Origin: Antedon mediterranea
Taxonomy: Eukaryota; Animalia; Echinodermata
Direction of reading: 5' to 3'
Assembly (NCBI RefSeq): GCF_964355755.1
Contig: NC_092675.1
Coordinates: forward strand, 21,362,912-21,426,911
DNA: 64,000 nucleotides
Shown: positions 16,130-26,704 of the stretch, in pieces
Layout of the letters: each line of letters opens with the position of its first letter
Numbering within the stretch: the stretch's first letter is position 1
Program-made: the position numbers and the translations under genes
Notes under the pieces: generated by a model
Told to the model about the DNA's origin: nothing
Databases searched by the model: none
The model's input: the letters and a program-made list of their open reading frames with translations, nothing else

Positions 16130-16999
16130 ATGTCCGATAACCAAGTACGTGTCATGCTGTGGATGGTTCCACGTAGTCTAGCAATGCCGGTTGTGCGGTC
16201 CATGTCAAAACTTGATAATGTCGAAATTATTAACGAACCATTCGCCTGCGCTGCATCTCTAGGCCCGGAAAGATCGAGCACTTGGAATGACGAAGCCATC
16301 AATATTCTAGATAAATCCATGGCGTCGGTTGCTGACGCTGGTCAGGATCACAAAAAGTATACTTTTAGTTGGGTAAAGGAGTCTCTTCTAGAAGCTCCTC
16401 ATGAAGGAAAAGATGTAGTGTTCGTTAAAGACACCTCGGTTTCTCTAGTAGGAAAATTGGACTGTGCCCCCAAAGGATATCGCCATACATTTATAATACG
16501 TCACCCTAACAAGGTCTACAAATCATGGAAAGCGTTACTAGTAAAATTGTTGACGGAAGATGTTGCCAAAATGGGAATGGACGCCATGTTAAAACTGTCT
16601 GGAGCGGAAGGTTATGGATTCGAGGAACATTATAAGTTATACGAACATGTAAAATCGATGGGACTGGATTCTGAACCAGTAATCATTGACGCAGATGATC
16701 TGCAAACCAATCCAGAGGCTACTCTTCGGAAGTACTGCGAGGCTATCGGTGTCAAATTCTCAGATAGTATGATGTCATGGGAAGCTGACCAATGTGCGGC
16801 AGATGATTGGTCGATGTCTCAACTCCAACTGGCGGGGCACAAGATGGTAGGAACGTACAAAGAAGCGTTCGATAGTGTAGGTTTCAAGAAGTCAGACAAT
16901 ATGGATCCTCCGCCACGGTCCGAGCTTTCAGATGATCTTTTAACATGCATTGATCACGCAATGCCGTTTTATGAGAAAATGCTTGCGAAAAAACTATAG
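16130..16999 (+). CDS. Sulfotransferase-like protein, paralog 2, 289 aa
   Basis: Single ORF collinear with paralogs 1 and 3: WMVPRSLAM, FIIRHPNKVYKSW, VIIDADDLQTNPEATLRKYC. Acceptor AG at 16118-16119. Confidence 0.85.
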   Translation: MSDNQVRVMLWMVPRSLAMPVVRSMSKLDNVEIINEPFACAASLGPERSSTWNDEAINILDKSMASVADAGQDHKKYTFSWVKESLLEAPHEGKDVVFVKDTSVSLVGKLDCAPKGYRHTFIIRHPNKVYKSWKALLVKLLTEDVAKMGMDAMLKLSGAEGYGFEEHYKLYEHVKSMGLDSEPVIIDADDLQTNPEATLRKYCEAIGVKFSDSMMSWEADQCAADDWSMSQLQLAGHKMVGTYKEAFDSVGFKKSDNMDPPPRSELSDDLLTCIDHAMPFYEKMLAKKL

Positions 17000-19887
17000 A
17001 ATATACCTGTATCTATTATTATGTCTATTTATAGGCTAACATTATTGTAATTTTCAAAAGTAAAAGTATACCCCTATATTATGGCAGTTCAATATAGCAT
17101 GCAAAAGTGTATTATTCAACGTTGGTTATTGTAATTGTAACATATAATATTTCGAAAGCTCTTCCTCAGCATTATGCATTAAATTATTTTTTGTATTATA
17201 GCCAAAGAGAAATATTAAATTTCCCTTTCTTGTGTACGCGCTATACTGAACTCTTCGCTCATGTTATGTATGATGGTGGTGGATTGAGGGAAAGATCTTC
17301 CGTACGCCATCCCTCACCTACACCTCTATAATATCCGCCTACCATAATAATCTAGATTTTATTCAATAGTGAATTTTAAATTGTTCTTGTTGATTATTTA
17401 GGACTACATATTTTGTTTTTAGATTTACTCCTTATATCAAAATGTAAGGATCGCGTAATATTGTTTTTCAGTATTTGTATAAAATTAACGTAACCGAAGC
17501 TTTAATTTGTATATGTTTTAATAAATATAAATTTTAATACTGTTTAAATAGTTAAACTTCCAACAATGATAGTGATGTGATGTAATAAAATGTTTAACTA
17601 ATTGTCATTAAAGTGCAATAATCATTTGTTTTAATCTGGTTGTGATGACGTGTGGGGAGAATGTTACATTTTCCACTTACATTAACCTGGTTTTAATTTT
17701 ATTTCCTAAATTAAATGGATTATTTTTCAACAAGCAGCTACTTTTTGCTTTATGAATTACAGTGCAAACATTATTTTGTAATGATTCACGACAAACAGGA
17801 CGTAATATATACATTGATATCGATGATAGCGCAGATCCGATTTGAAAGGTGGAGAGTAAAAACACAGGGTTCTTTGTAAACGTCTAAATACATATATTGT
17901 GTGTTAAGGGTTCGGCGTATGGCCTTATGACACACAGAGAATTTATACTGGACACAGATAATACCGGGAAAATGACTAAATAAGGAACTAATCAGAAATT
18001 ATAATATGACTCCCGTTCTGTGTTACATAGATTTTCACAAACTCAAAGATTTCGTCATCGATGGGAGGGGCCTACTTCAACCATCCCTACAAAATGAGGG
18101 ACATGTCCCTTCCGCGCCACAAGGTACCGTAGGTATGTAATGAAACGTATGAATGTAAAGATTCAACAAACTGCATTTTTCACAATAATAAAAAAAGATT
18201 GTTATCTCGGAATAGACAGAACAATAAATTATATTGGCCATGTCCAATACCTAATCAAACTACCGGGTATGAAACAATTCCTTTTAAATTCGGATTTACT
18301 ATCTCTGGGTATATAGATTATTGGATGCTTTATCGGCTGATCTACAAATATCAATTTGAAAATTCGACCTTAATGAGATTCTTGAGACCAATTATTTTAC
18401 TTAGAATAGATAGCACTTACTATTTGTAACTATATATGGCGTTAATATCACGTGAATCGCTGGACTAAATGAGAACAAATAGAATAAGAAGTCGCCCTTA
18501 AAAGCATTTTAATGCGGCAAATTTAATTTGTTACAAAGGAATTTGAATAAAATATATACCCTTACTCATTTCTTGACATGTTGTTTAATTTGTTGCTTTC
18601 AATTAGATTTTTTGCTTACTATAAAAGTAACTATGTTGGGATTGAATACGAATCCTGGAGCGTAGCTACTTTAGATTGTTACTCAAAATGCGACGTACAC
18701 GAACCGCATATAATGAGTGGACGCTTCGCTGAATATTCCATTAACACTTGAAATCGTACGGGAAAGTATTAATATATTATAAGTCACGTCGAGTATTTTT
18801 ATTGGATTCACGTACTTTCGTAGAATATTAATAGTCTGTCCGCACGAAGATCTTCAGGATATCTAATGTATCCGGTTTAAAGATAACATGCGATAAACCA
18901 TTATGGAAAAAACCTTCGGGGAAAATTAATACAATAACAAAAATAATACATTATGTACAGTAATTTATGAATATAAAAATCCGTTTTGTAAGTTTGGTCC
19001 GAAAATATTATTTACTTTATTAATATAGTGCATTTTCGGCAATAGCATGCTTTATTTATAAAATCAAAATCGAGTATTTAAGTTAAGCGCCTCCCTGGTA
19101 ATGAGTTGTTCTAGTACTGTACCTACTGCGGACGTAGCGACTTTAAATTGAAAGAGCATTATTATATCCAGGGTGATTTTATTACTAAATCAGTCTATCG
19201 AATTATATCAGTACGGTGAGCCATTGTAAACATCTCTCTTTGTTGTCATAAGTAGGCTATACAGCGTCATTCCGGAATCACTGAATTAACTTAGACGTTA
19301 TAACCTATTTCTTTGTAGGCAAGTAAGGCATGATAATTAACACCAGGTTGTTTTAAAAATGTGAGACAAGCACGGTAACGTATTAATTTATATTCTCAGA
19401 CTCAGCTAAAAACTAAAATTATAGCTATTTTAGCACAAGCTCCGCAAGCTCGTAAGCCATTGTAGCCGGCCTACTGAAGATGGTTTCAATGGGCCTGGAT
19501 AAGGTCGTTCGTAGTTTATGTAGGCCTATATCTGGGGTTGTAATACTTCCTTTAGAGGTGGGAAGGTGGGATTCTTAAAATGGACACTTGAGTCATTGTG
19601 ACATCAAAAATGGTTTTTTTTATGGCTTCTGACAGAATGTTATTAATTTTGCTTTAAATTGCAGTTTGTTCAGATCAGGTAAATAATTGTTTTGTATCTT
19701 AGTAATGATCATGATCAAAGCGAATAACGTGACATTAAAATGCATCCAAATTCAACCAAAAAAATAATTTTTTTTATATATTTTATATATCTTTAAGCGG
19801 TTGCTGACATATCACATTAAATATATCTTAAAGCACCTTCTTTTACATTATAACTTTTTCAGGGTTTGAACTAACAGAAAGAGAATA

Positions 19888-20766
19888 ATGGCTGACAAAC
19901 AAACCAAACAAGTACGTGTGATGCTATGGATGATTCCACGAACTCTTTCGACGGTAATTCTGAAATGTATGAGCCAACTGGAAAACGTAAAGATTATCTC
20001 CGAACCATACACATGCGCCATGATGCTAGGCCCAGAACGTATTGTAAACTTACAGGATGATACGCAAGAATCTCTGGATAACACGATGAAAACGGCAGCA
20101 GATATCGACCTGGACATGGGGCTTGATCACAACCTGTTTACCTTTAAATGGGTAAAAGAGACTTTGCTTGAAGGAGAGTATCCAGATAAAGACGTTATCT
20201 TCTGTAAGGATATGTCTCAACCGGTCTCGGCAAACCATGCTCTCGTTCCCAAGGGATACCGCCATACGTTCGTGATCCGACATCCGCTAAAACTGTACAA
20301 ATCTTGGAATAACATGTTTGCAAGCATCGGGAAGGCAGACGGTAACCTGGACGAAGTTCTCCTGTCATATTCCAAGGGTTACTCTTACGGAGAACACTTG
20401 GAGTTGTATGAGTATTTGATATCGAGTGGGATTGAACCGGAACCAATTATTATCGATTCAGACGACCTCCAATCAAATCCTGAAGGGGTGCTGAAAAAGT
20501 TCTGCCAAACTCTGGGGATTAAGTACACTGATAAGCTGCTCTCCTGGGATGCCGGTGACGATATTGTCAAGACCTGGGCCGCGTCCAAGCTTCAGCTGCA
20601 GGGTAACAAAGTGATGAAGGTATATCAGAATGCCTTTGATAGTACTGGGTTCAAACCACCCGGACCACTCCCTCAACGATCAGACCTACCAGATGCAGTT
20701 TTGAGATGTGTGGACGCAACAATGCCGATATATCAACAAATGTACGAAAAACGCCTAAGACCATAA
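19888..20766 (+). CDS. Sulfotransferase-like protein, paralog 3, 292 aa
   Basis: Single ORF: WMIPRTLST, FVIRHPLKLYKSW, IIIDSDDLQSNPEGVLKKFC. Acceptor AG at 19861-19862. Confidence 0.85.
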   Translation: MADKQTKQVRVMLWMIPRTLSTVILKCMSQLENVKIISEPYTCAMMLGPERIVNLQDDTQESLDNTMKTAADIDLDMGLDHNLFTFKWVKETLLEGEYPDKDVIFCKDMSQPVSANHALVPKGYRHTFVIRHPLKLYKSWNNMFASIGKADGNLDEVLLSYSKGYSYGEHLELYEYLISSGIEPEPIIIDSDDLQSNPEGVLKKFCQTLGIKYTDKLLSWDAGDDIVKTWAASKLQLQGNKVMKVYQNAFDSTGFKPPGPLPQRSDLPDAVLRCVDATMPIYQQMYEKRLRP

Positions 20767-21508
20767 CCAATTAAATAGAATAATTAGCGATAAACATAAA
20801 TAACATATATTAATATTATAATAATCCATTAGTATTTTAGTACCGTACGATGTATTTTATTAGCTGGTTGAAGATTTACCGTTTTTATTCAAATAAACGC
20901 CCCGGGGAGTTTTGTTTTAGTGGTGGGGTGAAAGAGTTTACAGTGTTTCGAGGAGGAGAGTTGATTAGGCCTATTCTTTTATTAACTCAATTAATAGGCT
21001 ATAATGATACAGTAAAATTGTATAAACATCATCTGAAGTAAATAAATTCTACTAAAATAAAAATGTGTTATAATTACAGAATTGTGTGTAAATTTGGCGT
21101 TTATTCAAAATAGGGATTCCGAATAAATAGACTATTAAATTCGTCATTATTGATTGCGTTGAAATGTATTCCATGGACTATAAGAATTCTATCCATGGTG
21201 AACATTTGGTCAAAATCCAAAGTGAGTATATCTTATAATTAATTGTATAAATGTGTTAGTAACACATGCACCAGCATTATTCATTTTCTAAAATTGTATA
21301 ATAATTTAATATAAGATGTTTAGATAACGAAAAACACTTTTTTATTGCGTCAGAAATTTCAGGTGAAAAGGTTTAAAGTTCGCAAGATAGAGGGCGGCAG
21401 TTAAACAAGAGGAAATAAAATTTGCACGCGAATGGCGAGAACGTGACGACCAAAAACGTGCCTAAATTTAGATGAAAAACGTGTGTTTAAACATAAAAAT
21501 CGTTTCAA

Positions 21509-24254
21509 ATGATGGATCAAAGAGGTTCAGGGCTATTCGGGGGATACTCGTATGGTGATCCAACTCTAAATGTTCCAGGTAAATTAAGTAATATAGTGTG
21601 TAGGCTAGGCCTATATGTGTAGGGCCGGCTGACGACGATGATGGTGTAAAAATGCCACGATTAAATGATATGCCGGTTTATAGCCTAGGCCCCCTACAAT
21701 GAAGCACACTGCTCGCTTATTTTGCGATTCGATAATTTCATATATAACTACCTGCGAAATTTATACAAAAACTTGATTTTATTAAAGCTGTTAAGAAATG
21801 ATGTAGCCTATTAAAGTATTACATAATTAACAGCTGATTATATAAAAATTAGTGTTAATAATAATATAGTAGGCCTACCTAGGCCTAATATTGTTTTATT
21901 TTAAATTTATTTAATTATTATTAACTGTACTGAGACTGTAGGCCTATATGTCTCGATCTTGGAATAAAACCGTCAATATAAATGTAATTACTGTCAATGA
22001 AAATTTCGAAATAGTGGAAATAGGCCTAGATTTAGAATAGATAGATACAGTAAGTAAGCATAAAAAAAAGAATGAATTCCTAAACCCAATTCAAATCAGT
22101 GGTTGTACGATTAACCTCAATATTAGTATCAATATCACTTTTAGAGTTCGATGCAGAACACAAACTTGAATAATTCTTTTTATTTTTACTACAGTGACAT
22201 CAGGAGGTGGTAGTACTATTTCTCCATATCTTAACCTAGATCCTAGATACCTAAATACAGTAAGTCTAATTTAAAATGTGTTGCAATTTCACTTTTTTAC
22301 AAAGTATCAAAGTACTGTAACAAGTTTAATTATATTGTAGGTGTGTACTTACTGCTTATCGTGTCATTCAACTTATTTAAAAATTGTTGAAGTAGCCATT
22401 GAATAAATAAATGAATTTGTATTAATGTTTGTTAATAGGGAGATGCAGAATTTATTGTTCCGACAGGTCAGTCAAGAGTAAGAGGTCGTTTTGAGCTAGC
22501 ATTTTCACAAATTGGTGGATCTGTAATGTCAGGTATGTATTCATATAAAATTTCTATAAATTATATAATCCTTGTGCCATACTAGAAAGAAAAATTGATA
22601 CTGACCCAACAATTCCATATTTATACAATGCAGAGAAAGCATTGTGGATCAAATCTTCAATGCAAAAGTGTATTACTGTATATTATCAAAGATAATACTG
22701 TTCTTTTTTATAAAGGTGCACTTTATGGAGGGATTAATGGTTTACGAGTGGCAAGAAGTCAAACAGCAGAACTCTCAGGAAAAGTTAGAATGTCTCAGTA
22801 AGTATGTTTAGGTGACTGTACCTGCTTAAGCTCTGTCTGCACTATCAAACTAGTTTGACAAAAAAATGTGATATGTCCAAATATGGTAGTGATATGACAT
22901 CATCATGTCCATATAAGGGCACATCACATAAAGTTTGATAGTGTAGACAGAGCTTTACAATATATGATAAAGTATAGTAAAACCCCTCCTTTGAGACACC
23001 CCTATTATGGGACACCCCTATTAAGGGGACACTTTCCCACAAAATAAGTGGAAATATATGTTTTAAAAATACATTTACCTTGTATTAAACAACTTGTTTG
23101 ATTTTGTTTGCAGAATGTTAACGTTAGTAACTAAGCAAGGAGCCTCAGCAGCTAATGCTGTTGGTGTAGTTGGTATGTATCATTTTTTGATATAAATGTT
23201 TAAAGATGGCTTATGTTGACATGGAACTTGTAAATTGTCATTGTTATCATACCATGTGCGCGACATGATTTGTAGTTGTATAGGAAACGGCACGGTAACA
23301 TCAAACTGATTGCTACGGGCCACAGTCACCCGTACCGCACACGCGCGATTACAATTTTTCTGCTGGGTTCATTTCCGTAAAAAGGCAACGCTCCGAGCAG
23401 CTGAACGTAACTGACCATAACTGACTGCAACACAAAGTATGTTGACATATGCGCAGTTGAGTTGAGTTAATATTATATAGAGAAGATGTTTGTATTAAAT
23501 CTTATTAAATGGCTTCTTTAACTTTGACTTGATGTTTTACATGCATCTGTGAACAGAGTTTGTTACTATATATAATATATATTTTGCCAAAAAGCCATCA
23601 CTGGGAAATGAAAAAAAAATTGAGGGCACTATAGGAAATTTACTCATGTAATTTCAACTAAAAATGTCATGCTCAATTACAAAAAAATTGCAACCCTAGA
23701 TTGCATGGGGATATCAATTTTTTTTTTTCATTTTTTTTTTTTTAACTACTTCATTTAAAATTTCTTTTTCTTTTCATAGCTGTTATGTATAGTATATTAG
23801 GTCTTGGTATTTCATGGGGACGGGGCACTGAAGATGAAATCAATACGATATCTGCTGCAACAGCCACAGGGCTACTATACAAATCATCAGGTCAGTTTAT
23901 ATTTTGTTTACAGCCATACATTTTTTACATCTTTTACACACATTACATCTTTATCACAACATACTTTTGCTGTTAAAAGCTGTTCAAATAACTCATACAT
24001 ACATGCAATCCGTGGACATCTGACAGGCTAGTACTGCAGTAATAGTATAACCACAATCTTTTGTACGTTAATAAGACCAACAGGAGGATAATAAAGTGTA
24101 AATCTAAATAATATAGTAACATTACTTACTGCTTTATTTCACAGCTGGACTGAAGACAATGGCAAAGGGTGGAGCAGTTGGCTTAGGTCTTTCAACATTA
24201 TGGTGTTTGTATCACAATAAGGACAAAATTCTAAACTCGCAGACAAATTATTGA
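21509..24254 (+). CDS. TIMM23: Mitochondrial import inner membrane translocase subunit Tim23, 7 exons, about 196 aa
   Basis: Exons 21509-21578, 22195-22259, 22439-22532, 22716-22797, 23114-23172, 23780-23890 and 24145-24254 (591 nt, in frame). Motifs SPYLNLDPRYL, EFIVPTG..RGRFELAFSQIGG, RGTEDEINTISAATATGLLYKSS match Tim23. Confidence 0.93.
22829..22954. mobile_element. PIF/Harbinger-type MITE in TIMM23 intron 4
   Basis: TIR AGCTCTGTCTGCACTATCAAACT ... AGTTTGATAGTGTAGACAGAGCT flanked by TTA on both sides. Confidence 0.85.
22973..23040. mobile_element. pogo/Tigger-like MITE fragment; relative at about 35868-35985
   Basis: TA-TAGTAAAACCCC start and repeated GACACCCCTATTAAGGGGACAC motifs, shared with the 35.9-kb copy. 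Confidence 0.45.
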
Positions 24255-26143
24255 TAGAACAATATATGCAGCTAAGCTAACATAGAAAATATTGGTATTA
24301 CAGTAGAGTGGTGCCTTCCCTGGCCTACCCAGAGTGATTTTGGTAGATTGGAGTGTGATCACATTCGACAACAGGCCTAGAAATATTTTAAATATATTTG
24401 TATGCATTGCAAGGAAGGTGAGAATATTTCAATATCAAAGCTGCGCTGTACCAGTTTTACAACTTGTTTATATTTTAAAATATATTGACTTATTTTTCAA
24501 GACTTTTACAAGAGAACTCATTCATACAGTTGATAATAAATGATATATCAAAAGTTCCTGTGCAGGAGAAAAGAAAAATAAATCTTTATTATCTTAGACA
24601 ATAATTATAATTTACTAGATGCAAGCATGTAAAGTACAGGTACATTCATAAATATTGTTTGTTCTGCTTAATACAGAATCTGAAATGTTGTCTCAGCCAT
24701 TATATGTATTATAACATATTTATATAGAAAAGAATTTCTACGCCCTCAGCAAGTCTTAGCATAATTATACAGAGAATAGACAATTTTTATTTGAATGCTT
24801 TTCTTGAAATACAGCAAATATTAATATTATTAAAGTACACCTGGGTCTAGATGTCTCAAACAAGGGGTTTCACTGTGATCAATGGTGGTCATTGTGTAGT
24901 TTCTATCAAATATCATTTCACTTTGCCTTCTGTACTCCACATTCTACCCTTTCTCTATTTATCTATAGTAAATGCAGTATAGCCAACTCTACTTTTGCCA
25001 TTTTCACTATTGTGATATTGTCAATAGTTTGATTAAAATATTATTGTACGGTTTATGGTTTTGAGTGTTCATTGAATTTTGGTCGTGGTATAAAGTGGTG
25101 ATACACATCAATTAATTAAAGACCCATTTGTTGATGTTTTGTAAAAATAATGCATATATTACTTTAAAAAACATTAGACCAGGTCATTCCTTGTCTTAAA
25201 TGTACGTTTTATGTTAAAGTATGATAAAAAAGAGAGAAACATGGACAGTCTTAGGCCGAGGCTAGCTAGTCTTAGGTTTGTAGGCCTAGCTGGTAAACAT
25301 CCGCAACGTACGAACATCGTAAGCTAGCTAGCTATAGGCTTAGCCTGACGTTGACTAGTTAATGCAATAATTGTCTTTCTGTTTTTGCCAGAATCCAATC
25401 TGAAAAGTTTTATTCTTCCATTTGTTTTGCCTTCACGATTGATCAAAAGTGGGTGAATAGCAGAAGAAAAACGAAATATCACTCCACGTGCAATGCATGT
25501 TGGGATTTATAGCGGCCCGATTAGAATACTCCATAGACTTATTTTTCACAACCGTTTAAAGACAAAAAAAGTTATCGCAATAGGACCATATATTATTTAT
25601 TTTTACATTAAATGTAATTTTTGATCTTAAATTGAATCTAAAAAACGTTTAGACTTTAATTACAGGGCCTCGAGAAAGAGAGGTAATAATTAGAACCCTG
25701 ACAGTATGATAATAAAGACCGACTAAAATTATTACAGCTTTTCAAACATTTTTATTGGGACTACATGCAGCTCAGAGAAGCATCAATATCTCAGCCTGGT
25801 GTCATTACTCATCATCATTTTGAACATAATAAAAAAACAAGAGAAATAGTTCTGTTGACGTCATTCTTATTTATCAAAATATGATGCTTATATTAGAAAG
25901 CTTTTGTACTAGTACAAAATATTTAGCACAAACTTTGCTTACACTGTACAAGATTGGAAAGTAAGACTACTGTTAATTATGTATGTTACAGTAGTACCTC
26001 TTGATTCTTACTTTTGTGAAGAAAATAAAATGATTTTGACATGAATCAAAATCATTGTCTAATCTATATCATTAATATCACATAATCATAGTTAATCATT
26101 AAAATACAATCTTCATGCTTGATTGATTACGTATCACATTGCT

Positions 26144-26290
26144 CAGTGGCGTAACTGCTATGAACGCTCACTGGCTAAACCCATGGGCCCCAGAGCATAC
26201 GCAGCTCCAATGCAAGCGCAACTACCCAGTGTTGGAGAGCCTCTTGATGAGTGCTAAACCAGGGGCCTTTAACCCTGTGTTACGCCACTG
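26144..26290. mobile_element. hAT-type MITE
   Basis: Perfect 12-bp TIR CAGTGGCGTAAC ... GTTACGCCACTG. Flanking 8-mers ACATTGCT and CAACTGCT match only partly (decayed TSD). Confidence 0.7.
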
Positions 26291-26704
26291 CAACTGCTGT
26301 GCATCATTTGGCTCTATCGTCATGATTAGGGGTACTCATTCAGGTTTTTGTAACAATGTTGTGCAACGTGAAGCTGGTTTAGTGCATTTGGAAACAAATC
26401 TGCAATTGCTCTACTCTCCTGCAAGTTATTTTTATGGGCTTAGCCTTCAACATTTTTCAAGATTAACTTATAAAACAGTAGGTGTGTATTGAAACGAATA
26501 ATGAATGTTTTGTATTTTCAAATTCAAATAAACATTCACTATTTGAATACAATACACTCCTTAGATAACCTTTCCTACAAAAGAGCACCATTTATACCAT
26601 TTCTATCAAGTATCTTTACAAAATTGTTGCATTTCTTGGACATTTCAACCTTAGTATATATACCTTTAGTATAATATATAGCATTTCTTTCATTAAAATT
26701 ATTA

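Noticed and set aside
9232-20676. Antisense ORFs overlapping the sulfotransferase-like genes
   Set aside because: Shadow frames of real CDSs, with no recognisable motifs.
9341-20766. Bacterial contamination or operon
   Set aside because: The genes are kilobases apart, interspersed with host repeats, and have splice acceptors and downstream AATAAA-like signals.
20877-21115. Tc2-like MITE after paralog 3 (CCGTTTTTATTCAAATAAACGCC ... GGCGTTTATTCAAAATA)
   Set aside because: The right terminus and TSD are too degraded to define boundaries.
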